Part shown: positions 32,942 to 41,824 of the stretch, piece after piece
Layout of the letters: each line of letters starts with the position of its first letter
How positions within the stretch are numbered: the stretch's first letter is position 1
NCBI GenBank assembly: GCA_963699165.1
Contig: OY969413.1
Coordinates: 404,562-468,561, forward strand
DNA: 64,000 nucleotides
Reading direction: 5' to 3'
Source: Candidatus Kaiserbacteria bacterium
GTDB lineage: Bacteria; Patescibacteriota; Minisyncoccia; Phycocordibacterales; Phycocordibacteraceae
Notes under the pieces: generated by a model
Database searches by the model: none
Seen by the model: the letters and a program-made list of their open reading frames with translations, nothing else
What the model was told of the DNA's origin: nothing
Position numbers and translations under genes: made by a program

Positions 32942-34618
32942 TTAGCTCGAGCGCATGAGACGTGCGAGACGGATGATTTCAAATGAATACCTGCCACGAA
33001 GTGCAAGAAAGACCGGCGAGAGGCGGCCGCTCGTTTCGGCGGCGAGCGCTTCGTGAATTTCATCAAGCTGGCCGAGCGGGACCAGATGCGCGAAGTCGGC
33101 GCGCGTCAGCTTCCCGATTTCCGCAAGCTCTTCCAAATGCTTCACGATGGTCGATGCCGTGAGCCCGCGCGACTTCGCGGCGGATTGGAGCGTCTTTGAA
33201 TCGCGTACTGCCTGCAGCGTCTCGGCGAGACGGCCGGGCATGCCTTTTTGGGGCGCGGCGCTTCGCGCCGCGCCCTTGCCTTTCGCATTTGCATTTTCAA
33301 TCCACGCGCCCCCCATGGCTTTGACGAACTTCTTCTGCAGGTCAAGCCGCTCGGTTTCCGGCATTTCGGCAAACGCGTCCCGCGCCGCCTCCGAGGCGGC
33401 GCGAAAATCCCGGTCTTTTTGCAAAATCTCCGGATGCACTTCGAGCGCGCGCTGGTTCAAACCCGTCAAATACACCCCTGAGAGCCGCCGCACGCGCGAA
33501 AGCGCGACATATCCCTGCCCGTACTCAAAGGCCCGTGAGAGGTCAATAATGGCCGCATCCATGCTCATTCCCTGGCTTTTGTGCACGGTCATTGCATATG
33601 CCAGCCGAAGCGGTATTTGAGCCACGCTGGCCCGAACCTTGCCCTGCTCTTCAAGCTGCCATTCCATCGGCTCGGTGGTGATTTTCAAACCGTCTTTCGT
33701 CGCGACAATCGGCTGCCCCATCGCGTCCCAGCCGATAACCGTGCCGAGCGTTCCATTCACAAATTTTCCCTGCGGCGAATTTTTCGTAAACATTACGGCC
33801 GCGCCCTCCTTTAATTCGAGCACTTCCGGCGATAGGCATCCCCGCTTCAGCCCTTCAATCATCGAATCTTTGCCTTTCGCGCTCATATGGAATTTCTTCG
33901 ACGGAGTTTTAAGTTTCGCAAGCTCCGCGGCATTGATGCGGTCGACATCCGCATTGTGCGAGAAAAGTTTTGGCGCATCCGCGGGAAGCTCTGACTCGCC
34001 GCAATGCCGCGACATCAGCTCTTCGTAGTGCAGCTCCTCGACGTTTCCCTCGCGTATCGCCGAAAGCACGCTTAAAAATCCGCTATCGTCCTGCCGATAC
34101 TGCTCCGTGAGGTAGCACGTAATCAAATTCAGGTCGCGCCACAGAGTCGAGGTGTACGCAAACCGCGCGTCATGGGCGCGGGATACCGGCGGCAATTGAA
34201 AAAAGTCGCCAACCAAAATAACGGTGAGTCCGCCAAACGGCTTGTCCACACGCCGCACCTCTCTGCAAATGGCATCCGCCATTTCAAATGTCGCCGCCGA
34301 GAGCATCGAGATTTCCTCGATAATAAGCACCTTCGCTTTTTGAATGCGCTTGGCGATGTGCTCCTTGCCCGCGATGCGGTCGACATCGGCTTTCGACAGC
34401 GATTCGCTCACGCCGATGCCGCTCCACGAATGCAGCGTCATGCCGCTCACGTGCGTCGCGGCGATTCCGGTCGCGGCCGTTACCGACGGCTCGATTCCGC
34501 ACGCACGCAACCACGATAAAAATTCGTTTACCGTATGCGTCTTGCCGCTTCCCGGTTCGCCGGTGAGAAAAACATTCGCGCCCGTCTTCAAAATGGTCAG
34601 CGCCTCGCCTTGCGTCAT
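32942..34618 (-). CDS. RecD/Pif1-family ATP-dependent DNA helicase (AAA_30 + UvrD_C_2-like)
   Basis: Walker A VFLTGEPGSGKTH, helicase motifs (VLIIEEISM, TVHKSQG), C-terminal helix-rich tail. Confidence 0.8.
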   Translation of the reverse strand: MTQGEALTILKTGANVFLTGEPGSGKTHTVNEFLSWLRACGIEPSVTAATGIAATHVSGMTLHSWSGIGVSESLSKADVDRIAGKEHIAKRIQKAKVLIIEEISMLSAATFEMADAICREVRRVDKPFGGLTVILVGDFFQLPPVSRAHDARFAYTSTLWRDLNLITCYLTEQYRQDDSGFLSVLSAIREGNVEELHYEELMSRHCGESELPADAPKLFSHNADVDRINAAELAKLKTPSKKFHMSAKGKDSMIEGLKRGCLSPEVLELKEGAAVMFTKNSPQGKFVNGTLGTVIGWDAMGQPIVATKDGLKITTEPMEWQLEEQGKVRASVAQIPLRLAYAMTVHKSQGMSMDAAIIDLSRAFEYGQGYVALSRVRRLSGVYLTGLNQRALEVHPEILQKDRDFRAASEAARDAFAEMPETERLDLQKKFVKAMGGAWIENANAKGKGAARSAAPQKGMPGRLAETLQAVRDSKTLQSAAKSRGLTASTIVKHLEELAEIGKLTRADFAHLVPLGQLDEIHEALAAETSGRLSPVFLALRGRYSFEIIRLARLMRSS

Positions 34619-34651
34619 GTTGACACTGTATCAGAGCCGATACATCACGCT

Positions 34652-34807
34652 CTACCGACCCACCGGCGCCCCAAGAATCGATGTTTGAACATACACGTAC
34701 TCGTAATATATGCCGAGTTTGAACGCGATGCCGAAGGTCGCCAAAAAAACGACGACAGCGGCAAGCTTGGAATACCACGTAACCTTGTTCCATTCTATTT
34801 TAATCAT
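34652..34807 (-). CDS. 51-aa single-TM protein, translationally coupled (ATGA) to the upstream gene
   Basis: MIKIEWNKVTWYSKLAAVVVFLATFGIAFKLGIYYEYVYVQTSILGAPVGR; below the ORF-track length cutoff and found by reading the strand. Confidence 0.3.
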   Translation of the reverse strand: MIKIEWNKVTWYSKLAAVVVFLATFGIAFKLGIYYEYVYVQTSILGAPVGR

Positions 34808-35127
34808 GATTTTGCATCGTTATCTTTGGAAAAACCCCACTGCCATCCCGGCTTTTCGCCTTTCCAAAAGCAGACGACAATGAGAATTACTGCAGCGAGA
34901 AAAATCTTCGCCAAAAACAATTCGACGTTTTGGTTGATTTGCTCGCTCGACACCGTGTTCGAACCGATTGCGGTCGATTGCCAAAAAAGATATCCGATGA
35001 ATATGACGAGCACAGCCCAGCCCTCCCGCCGCGCCGGCACCCAGCCCCAGCCGTACAATTTGCGCTTAAACCAATACCCTTCGGGATTGACTTTCAGATA
35101 TTCGGAATATTTTCTGATGGAGTTCAT
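34804..35127 (-). CDS. Small Trp-rich membrane protein (107 aa)
   Basis: PEGYWFKRKLYGWGWVP..W, then two TM segments; its start overlaps the stop of the zinc-ribbon gene. Confidence 0.4.
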   Translation of the reverse strand: MNSIRKYSEYLKVNPEGYWFKRKLYGWGWVPARREGWAVLVIFIGYLFWQSTAIGSNTVSSEQINQNVELFLAKIFLAAVILIVVCFWKGEKPGWQWGFSKDNDAKS

Positions 35128-35372
35128 GCGCGGTTTTGCTTTTTCCAGCGCGGCGCAAACCGTATGAGATAGGCGAATAGCTTTGCCTGCAATGTATTCA
35201 TGCCTTTCGCGACCATCGCATCGTACGAGGCCTTTTGAAATTCTTTTACGTCACTCCCTTCGTACGCAAGCTTCCCGTTTTTAAAACAGTAACTGCAATA
35301 CTTCTCCGACTCGCGTGGTCCAGGGTCTTGCACAAACGGCATCATGCAACTTTCGCAATTTTTGTTCGACAT
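35124..35372 (-). CDS. Zinc-ribbon domain protein (82 aa)
   Basis: MSNKNCESCMMPF...CSYCF: two CxxC pairs. The ORF-track start at 35438 is rejected in favour of the internal ATG. Confidence 0.5.
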   Translation of the reverse strand: MSNKNCESCMMPFVQDPGPRESEKYCSYCFKNGKLAYEGSDVKEFQKASYDAMVAKGMNTLQAKLFAYLIRFAPRWKKQNRA

Positions 35373-35403
35373 ATGTTGGTAAGTATACGCGATTATTTTC
35401 CGA

Positions 35404-36096
35404 TTATTTCCTCGGCTCGTATTCCGGGTAATATTCAATCTTTATGTCATCAACCCATTCGATACCCGGAATGACGCTCAAGACCTTGCCGAAAATCTTC
35501 GAGTCCTCTTGCCCAACCACAATCGGATGATATGCGCCGCTTTTGTTTTCGGGATTGAGGAACACAACGCCGTCAGTTTTGACATACCGCTTGATGACGG
35601 CCATGTGTCCGACGATAGCGACGACGCGGTCGCCATTATGAACCTGCTCGGTAACCTCGACGATGACATAATCGCCGTTTTTGATGCCCGCATCTTCCAT
35701 GCTGTCGCCGACGGCTTTAATCGCCGCGATGTTCGTATGCACGTTGATGAGATTTTTATCGACGAGAATGTATTCGCCGAATTCGTCCTGCGCGTACACT
35801 TCCATCGCATCGCATCCGGCCGATGCGATGACCGGCACTTGAATCGTCCCTGAAGAAATACCCGAACCGTCGCCTTTCAAAATCTGAATGCTGCGGTGCT
35901 GAAATCGGTCGCGTTTGATGAACCCCTTCTTTTCGAGACCTTCGAGCCGTTGCGTCACGCTTCGAAGCGAGCGCAAATTGAATTCTTTCCGCAACTCGAC
36001 CATCGTCGGCGCTTCGCCGTGCTTCGCGATGTACCGTTTCAAAAACGAAAGCGTTTTTTCTTGCACCGGAGTGAAGGTTATCTGCCGCATACTCAT
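35404..36096 (-). CDS. lexA: LexA repressor (S24 peptidase) with a C-terminal extension of about 25 aa
   Basis: N-terminal winged-helix, cleavage-site region, catalytic AVGDSMEDAGI (Ser) and VIKRYV (Lys). Confidence 0.85.
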   Translation of the reverse strand: MSMRQITFTPVQEKTLSFLKRYIAKHGEAPTMVELRKEFNLRSLRSVTQRLEGLEKKGFIKRDRFQHRSIQILKGDGSGISSGTIQVPVIASAGCDAMEVYAQDEFGEYILVDKNLINVHTNIAAIKAVGDSMEDAGIKNGDYVIVEVTEQVHNGDRVVAIVGHMAVIKRYVKTDGVVFLNPENKSGAYHPIVVGQEDSKIFGKVLSVIPGIEWVDDIKIEYYPEYEPRK

Positions 36097-36199
36097 ACAA
36101 TATCATCCGAACGGATTTGAAAACGCGTTATCCACAACTATGGACACAATATACACAACTTTGCAAGCTTAAAAAAGAACGGACCCGCTTCATGGCGGG

Positions 36200-36637
36200 T
36201 CACGTTTGCTGTGAGGGATGAGATTTGCAGTAAACCTTCAGGAGCTCGCTTATCTCCTTCGAATCTATGGCAACCGGATACACATACACCTTCTGAATTG
36301 CGCGCCGATTACCGCATTCAATCATGGCTTTTATGTTTCTAAATGTCGAATGTCCGAGCGCTCGCCCGAACAGAACCGCGCCGATGGTCCCGCCGAATAG
36401 GTACCAGTGATTTATACGGCAGGACTCCGACTGGGAATAAAATCGAACGATTCGCCTCGGAAGTTCCCGCGTGAACGCATCGTAGAAATCGGAACGCCAC
36501 CCGACCACAAGAATATGCTGATGCCGCTCAAGCCGTTCCAGAACGCGCTTAGGCTCTTCGGCGTATTCAGCTTCCAACAAGACCATTCTCCTTTCTCCCG
36601 CCGCAGTGAACGGGCACATCCGTACCGAGGGTAGCAC
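36200..36637 (-). CDS. Hypothetical protein
   Basis: 145-aa ORF; start uncertain (alternative MVLLEAEY at about 36586). Confidence 0.35.
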   Translation of the reverse strand: MLPSVRMCPFTAAGERRMVLLEAEYAEEPKRVLERLERHQHILVVGWRSDFYDAFTRELPRRIVRFYSQSESCRINHWYLFGGTIGAVLFGRALGHSTFRNIKAMIECGNRRAIQKVYVYPVAIDSKEISELLKVYCKSHPSQQT

Positions 36638-36667
36638 GGAAATCGAACTTGTACATACACATTCTTC

Positions 36668-37672
36668 TTAGAGTGTGCTTAATGCCTGGGATAAAATCTG
36701 CACCTGCGGAGCGGTTTGCGTGTTGAAAAATATGCAGCCCATAACGATGAGAAGCAAGAGCAACCCCCCGCCGATGACTTCCACGTATTGCACGCGCGCT
36801 TTTACGACAATCGCGACGATGAGCAAAACGGCAATGATGACGGCGAGCGCGGAAAGGATACAGGTTATCGTGAGCGTCGGCGACGTGATAACGAGTGTTA
36901 AGAAATTTTTCAGTCGCGATGAACTTTCGACCGGCATCTGAGCGGGTGCCTGCGCACCGAGAACTTTCACAACCGCTGCAGTCGTGGTCGCCTTCACCAC
37001 GACGGTTGTTGTAGCGACTTTCGTCGATGGCTTTTTCAAAGCGTTCGTAACGACAACGGACTTTTGCGCCTGCGCTTCCGGAAGGGCAAGTTCGGGCGTC
37101 CCGAAATATTGCACAACAAATGTCGTTTCTTGACCGTTGTAAACGCCGTTTGCAACGCCGATGCCGATTTGCGTATATTGCGGCTTTACGATATTTGCGT
37201 GATGCGACGGCGATGCCATCCATGCGCTTTCAACGGCCGACGAGTCGGTGAAGTTTACGGCAAGATTTTGGCCGGCATATCGATAGTCGTAACCGACCAA
37301 ACTCAGCCAATACCAGGGGTCTTTGCCGTCCGGACTCACATGAGAAAAATATCCCTTCGCCGCCATATCGTTCGCCGCGTCCTGCGCCGCCTGCGCAAGC
37401 AGCGCGTTATGGGTAAGCGGCGCATCCCCGTTTGCGATTCGATCGTCATTGGTGAGAATCGTAAGCGCCGCCGGAAGAACCGAGGCGAGAAAATCGGTAT
37501 CCGGCAGAACGAATTTGATTTGCGCGAGATAGACCCCTTGAATCGCGACGATTCCGGCGATGATGAGCGCAATCGACGCTGCGCGGAAAATGTGCGGTTT
37601 GTAGCCGTTTCGCTTGTGCGGGAGAAAATGGTCATGCACGCGATGCAGAAGCGGCTTTTTAGTCGAGGCCAT
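36668..37672 (-). CDS. CAP/SCP/PR-1 domain protein anchored by N- and C-terminal TM segments
   Basis: CAP signatures HVSPDGKDPWYWLSLVGYDYRYAGQNLAVNF and WMASPSHHANIV. N-terminal TM IALIIAGIVAI; C-terminal hydrophobic region ILSALAVIIAVLLIVAIVV. Confidence 0.65.
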   Translation of the reverse strand: MASTKKPLLHRVHDHFLPHKRNGYKPHIFRAASIALIIAGIVAIQGVYLAQIKFVLPDTDFLASVLPAALTILTNDDRIANGDAPLTHNALLAQAAQDAANDMAAKGYFSHVSPDGKDPWYWLSLVGYDYRYAGQNLAVNFTDSSAVESAWMASPSHHANIVKPQYTQIGIGVANGVYNGQETTFVVQYFGTPELALPEAQAQKSVVVTNALKKPSTKVATTTVVVKATTTAAVVKVLGAQAPAQMPVESSSRLKNFLTLVITSPTLTITCILSALAVIIAVLLIVAIVVKARVQYVEVIGGGLLLLLIVMGCIFFNTQTAPQVQILSQALSTL

Positions 37673-37680
37673 GTGTAAAT

Positions 37681-37740
37681 AATAATAAAACGAAAATATA
37701 AAAAAGGGAATCCCGCGGGCGGCTTTGCCGCCCGCGGGAT
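37681..37740 (-). terminator. Perfect 15-bp GC hairpin followed, on the minus strand, by a T-rich run (intrinsic terminator)
   Basis: aatcccgcgggcggc-TTTG-gccgcccgcgggatt; the minus strand continues cccTTTTTTATATTTTCGTTTT. Lies just upstream of the CAP gene start. Confidence 0.4.
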
Positions 37741-37985
37741 TTCTGGTATCCTGCCGATATGAAACGCGCATTTTCAATCGTTATCGTCGCACTGTTGGCG
37801 GTCGGCATGATTGCGATGTTCTTCCCGGCCCTTGCCTCGCTGACCAAATAGCACTTGTCCCCAGTCGGACTTGTGCAATCAACGGATTTCTGGCATACTG
37901 GAAATACTCGCAGAGTATTAGAGCTTCGCTCGGTCTTCGGACCGAAATGTTCAGTTTCGGCGAGATTAACCAGTAGTTGCAACTC

Positions 37986-38360
37986 ATGGCGGATAATCAG
38001 CAGTCAGTTCAGGGAAACAAGCTTTATGTCGGCGGTATTCCCTATCGCTCAACGGAAGACGACCTCAAAAAGGCCTTTGGTGAGGCCGGAAATGTCGTTT
38101 CCGCAAGCATTATCAGCGACAGAATGACGGGCCGCTCGCGCGGTTTCGGCTTCGTTGAAATGGCGTCCGAAGCGGAGGCCCAAGCGGCTATCGACCGTTG
38201 GGACGGCAAGGAACTTGACGGGCGCACGCTCTCGGTTTCTTTTGCACGCCCGCAAGGTGATCGTCCTCCTCGCCGCGAAAACGGCGGCGGCGGTTACGGT
38301 GGCGGCGACCGGGGCGGTTTTGGCGGTGGAAACGGCGGCTATGGCCGCGGCGGATACTAA
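37986..38360 (+). CDS. RRM-type RNA-binding protein with C-terminal Gly/Arg/Tyr-rich tail
   Basis: RNP-2 LYVGGI and RNP-1 RGFGFVEM; tail GGGGYGGGDRGGFGGGNGGYGRGGY. Confidence 0.8.
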   Translation: MADNQQSVQGNKLYVGGIPYRSTEDDLKKAFGEAGNVVSASIISDRMTGRSRGFGFVEMASEAEAQAAIDRWDGKELDGRTLSVSFARPQGDRPPRRENGGGGYGGGDRGGFGGGNGGYGRGGY

Positions 38361-38462
38361 TTTCCCTTACCGAATGAAAGAAGGCGCGTCGCGAAAGCGA
38401 CGCGCCTTCTTTCATTTCATCTTAACGATTGTCCATGCTACTCTCTTTGCGGAGGGCGTTCA

Positions 38463-38828
38463 TTGATGAGGAATGAATACATATGGGCCGTAACGGATGC
38501 GGCGGAATTGCTCAAAAGAGTGCGTGGATATGTCTCCCATCATATCAAAGATGTTGTCGGCGCGAAACCGCGTGCGCAGCGGGAAATCGAACTTAGCTGC
38601 CACAAACTAACCGACGGCACACCGGTTGGATTCTGTGTAGCGATGTACCAACCGGAACCCACGGGAAGAAAGCCCTGGCGGAAACAGGAGCTCCTTGTGA
38701 TTTTCCATCCCACGGTGCTTACGCCCGAAAAACTGCCGAGCACAACGCAGACGGTTATGGACGCGCTTCGGAAAGCGTTTCAAAAAAGGCAAGACGGACA
38801 GCATTTCGCGATTGTCTTTCGCGAATAG
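38463..38828 (+). CDS. Hypothetical protein (121 aa)
   Basis: ORF upstream of and overlapping the prmC leader; no recognisable motif. Confidence 0.4.
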   Translation: MMRNEYIWAVTDAAELLKRVRGYVSHHIKDVVGAKPRAQREIELSCHKLTDGTPVGFCVAMYQPEPTGRKPWRKQELLVIFHPTVLTPEKLPSTTQTVMDALRKAFQKRQDGQHFAIVFRE

Positions 38829-38904
38829 AAATGAGCGCCGCTTTAAACAGCGGCGCTACATCTATTTTATGCGCCGATATCTATCGTGTGGTACTTTCTT
38901 TAAT

Positions 38905-39696
38905 ATGAACCGCGATGAGCAGTGGCTGCTGGATGAAAAATATGGTGGAAAAGAAACCGCGGCATATGAGGAAGATAAGAAGCGGCTCGCCGAAGGCGAG
39001 CCGCTTGCATACGTGATTGGCTCACAGCCCTTTCTCGGTTTGAAAATCTATCTCGATTCAAAGCCGCTCATCCCCCGTCCCGAAACGGAGTGGTGGACGG
39101 AGCGTCTCGTCGCGAATGTTAAAAACAGTATGAGAAAATTCTGGCCGAGTGCAACTCGGAGAACCGAGGAATTTTCGAGGACTGTTTTTAACATCCGCGC
39201 GCTCGATTTATGCGCCGGCTCGGGCGCCATCGGCTGCGCATTTCTCAAGTTACTGCCGGATGTCCAAGTATTTTTCGGCGAGATTGACCCCGCGCATGAA
39301 ATGACAATCCAAAAAAATATCCATGAAAATCAATTGAACGAATCGCGCTCAACAATCGGCATCGGCGACCTTTTTGAACCGTTTGGCGAAACCCGCTTCG
39401 ACATCATCGCGGCAAATCCTCCGTACATTCCGAGCGGCCGGAAGCTCCAGGAGAGCGTAGCCGATTACGAGCCGTCGCGGGCCCTTTTTTCGGGCGCAGA
39501 CGGCCTCGACATCATCCGCCGCATCGCCGAACAGTTGCCGGGGCATCTCGCGCCGGATGGCATCGCATGGATTGAATGCGACGAAAACGCCGCGGAGGCA
39601 AGTTGCGCACTTTTCGAGTCCCACGGCCTTGCGGCCGAAATACGCACCGACCAGTATGACAAACCGCGCTTTATTGTAGTATCATTTCCGCAATGA
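38905..39696 (+). CDS. prmC: Release-factor glutamine N5-methyltransferase
   Basis: PrmC/HemK motifs LIPRPETE, DLCAGSGAIG and NPPY. Confidence 0.8.
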   Translation: MNRDEQWLLDEKYGGKETAAYEEDKKRLAEGEPLAYVIGSQPFLGLKIYLDSKPLIPRPETEWWTERLVANVKNSMRKFWPSATRRTEEFSRTVFNIRALDLCAGSGAIGCAFLKLLPDVQVFFGEIDPAHEMTIQKNIHENQLNESRSTIGIGDLFEPFGETRFDIIAANPPYIPSGRKLQESVADYEPSRALFSGADGLDIIRRIAEQLPGHLAPDGIAWIECDENAAEASCALFESHGLAAEIRTDQYDKPRFIVVSFPQ

Positions 39697-39959
39697 ATAG
39701 CCAGCCGCTTCAGCCCTTCGGGACGCCGAATGCCGCGTTTTCACAGTTGCATATTTCGAGCGGTTCAATCGTGACATGGTTGTTCTATCTGGTTTTCGCT
39801 TACTGGGCGATTTATACGATTGTGGCGATTTACCACTGGATTCGATATTCGCGCGCCTCGCACATCGCGGTGCCCGCGATTGTCGTGCATATCCTGGTTT
39901 CACTCGCGCTCCTCGGATACATTGTCTCGGGCTCGGCTTCCGCCGCTGCACTGCCATGA
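39693..39959 (+). CDS. Small membrane protein (88 aa), coupled to prmC (ATGA)
   Basis: Two TM helices (IVTWLFYLVFAYWAIYTIVAIY, AVPAIVVHILVSLALLGYIV). Confidence 0.45.
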   Translation: MNSQPLQPFGTPNAAFSQLHISSGSIVTWLFYLVFAYWAIYTIVAIYHWIRYSRASHIAVPAIVVHILVSLALLGYIVSGSASAAALP

Positions 39960-40486
39960 ACGAATTCCAGCTTGAACCGGACGAAAAAATAATCGTGCAG
40001 GCGCGAAAGAGCTGGCTGCTTTTTCTCATCGAGCTGCTGCCCTACGCAATCATTGCGATAATTCCTTTTGTATTTGCATACATGCTCGCGGCAACGCCAT
40101 CAGCACCGACCATCAATTTCGGCGCACCGATTACGCGCGCGATTCTCGGCATTTGGCTTCTCATAACCTGGACGAGCGCGTGGGGCATCTATACCCGCTA
40201 TTTTCTGAACGCCTGGGTGCTCACCAATCAGCGCGTCGTCGACATCAAGCAACGCGCATTCTTCAACCGCGAGGTTTCGAGTTTGTTCCTTTCGCGCGTC
40301 CAAGACGTAACGAGCGATATGGACGGTTTTCTGTTTTCCATTTGTAACGTCGGCAACATAAACGTTCAGAGCGCCGGCGAGGAAGAACGCTTTTCAATGC
40401 ACGGCATTCCGCATCCCGACCAGATGCGCGACCTCATTCTCAAGTACATTTCTACGGATTCAAAACCGGGAAGCGGGGTTGAATAA
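39956..40486 (+). CDS. Membrane protein with bacterial PH domain (YdbT/DUF304-like)
   Basis: MNEFQLEPDEKIIVQARKSWLLF...two TM...YFLNAWVLTNQRVVDIKQRAFFNREVSSL; start ATGA-coupled to the previous gene. Confidence 0.55.
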   Translation: MNEFQLEPDEKIIVQARKSWLLFLIELLPYAIIAIIPFVFAYMLAATPSAPTINFGAPITRAILGIWLLITWTSAWGIYTRYFLNAWVLTNQRVVDIKQRAFFNREVSSLFLSRVQDVTSDMDGFLFSICNVGNINVQSAGEEERFSMHGIPHPDQMRDLILKYISTDSKPGSGVE

Positions 40487-41020
40487 ATGGGAAAGGGGCA
40501 AGCGACATCCGTGTCGCTCACCCCTTTCTAGCAACCGCGGCGACATGACGGCGGCATTGCGCCGTGCGGCGGTGTCGTGATCACCTCCCTTCGACTTCTG
40601 TTACCTGGGGTTACAAAAGCCGAAGAGAGGATGCAAGGTTGCCATGATGCCTCCTAGCGCGAGATGTGCAGATTGGCGACTAGTCTTTTGAATTCGAACG
40701 TTTGATACATTGAGCGAATGAAAAAACCTCCGGCGGTGCGCACTTCACAAGGTCCGAACGAGACGAAATACAGATACTGTTAGCGAAGGGATACTCTTTG
40801 CAAGATGTCGGAGATGCACTCGACCGACCGAAGAGTGTCATATGGTACGAGACGCAAAAGAAGAGGAAGGGACGGCCGTATGATGCTGCATATGCGCATC
40901 ACATTTCATACGTACGAAGGAAATACAGCCGAGCGGTCGGCAAGATGATTGCTCTCGACCCGAAGCTCCGGAAGTTCATCGAGGCGGGTATTCAGACTCT
41001 GTTGGCACAGCTCCCGTATC

Positions 41021-41824
41021 ATGGAAGCTATGTACACGCTCAAACAAATTCCGTCTGAAGTGCAGATTAGAAAGTTTTTGCGGCGAACGTTGTTCGGAAA
41101 GAATGTGTTTTGCCCGCTCTGCCGCTCGCGCAGGATTGTGCGGTACGAAGACCGGTACCGGTGTGTTGCCTGCCGCCGAAGGTTCTCGCTCCTCTCGCAT
41201 ACCTGGCTCTCAAACCTCAAGCTTCCGCTCCAGACGTGGTGGATGCTCCTCTGGTGCTGGACGATACGAGAACCCGTCTTGCAGGCCATGGAGCTCACGC
41301 ATTTGCCTGAACGAACGATACGCCGCTGGTATGCCACCTTTCGTGAGCATTTGCCCCAAGAAGAGCATATTCTCGAGCGTATCGTGCAGATGGACGAGGC
41401 ATATTTCAAGAACGCAGCTCTCGTGATGGCCAAGCAGAAAGGAACGAGAAAGCTTGCCTATACCGTCATGCACAATCGCTTCCCGAACAAGACGGACGTG
41501 ATGGACTTTCTCTTTGCCAAAGTGAAGCCGGGGAGCGAGTTGTGGACCGATGGCGGTTCGATATACCGGGGTGTCGGCAAGCGATGGCCGGTCTCCCACA
41601 GCAGAGACATTCATTCAAAATTCGAGTTCGAACATACCTCCGAAATCGAAGGCGTGTTCGGCGTATACCGCACCTTTGTGCGGAGGATGTATCATCATCA
41701 CTGGAGCGAGAACCTCGAGCAATACGTGAGGGAATTCTGCTTCAGATTTTCCTCACCGGAATTGTTCGGAAATCCGCGCACTTACTTATTAAAATCATTA
41801 ACGCTTGTGCCAACTCGTTCTTAA
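41021..41824 (+). CDS. IS1595-family (ISXO2-like) transposase with N-terminal zinc ribbon
   Basis: CPLCRSRRIVRYEDRYRCVACRRRF zinc ribbon, then a DDE_Tnp_IS1595-like core (QMDEAYF...LWTDGGSIYRGV...HSRD...HTSEIEGVFG). Confidence 0.7.
   Translation: MEAMYTLKQIPSEVQIRKFLRRTLFGKNVFCPLCRSRRIVRYEDRYRCVACRRRFSLLSHTWLSNLKLPLQTWWMLLWCWTIREPVLQAMELTHLPERTIRRWYATFREHLPQEEHILERIVQMDEAYFKNAALVMAKQKGTRKLAYTVMHNRFPNKTDVMDFLFAKVKPGSELWTDGGSIYRGVGKRWPVSHSRDIHSKFEFEHTSEIEGVFGVYRTFVRRMYHHHWSENLEQYVREFCFRFSSPELFGNPRTYLLKSLTLVPTRS

Noticed and set aside
41542-41824. First about 94 codons of ORF 41542..42573
   Set aside because: They overlap the IS1595-family transposase in a different frame. Only the part after 41825 shows IS30 homology.
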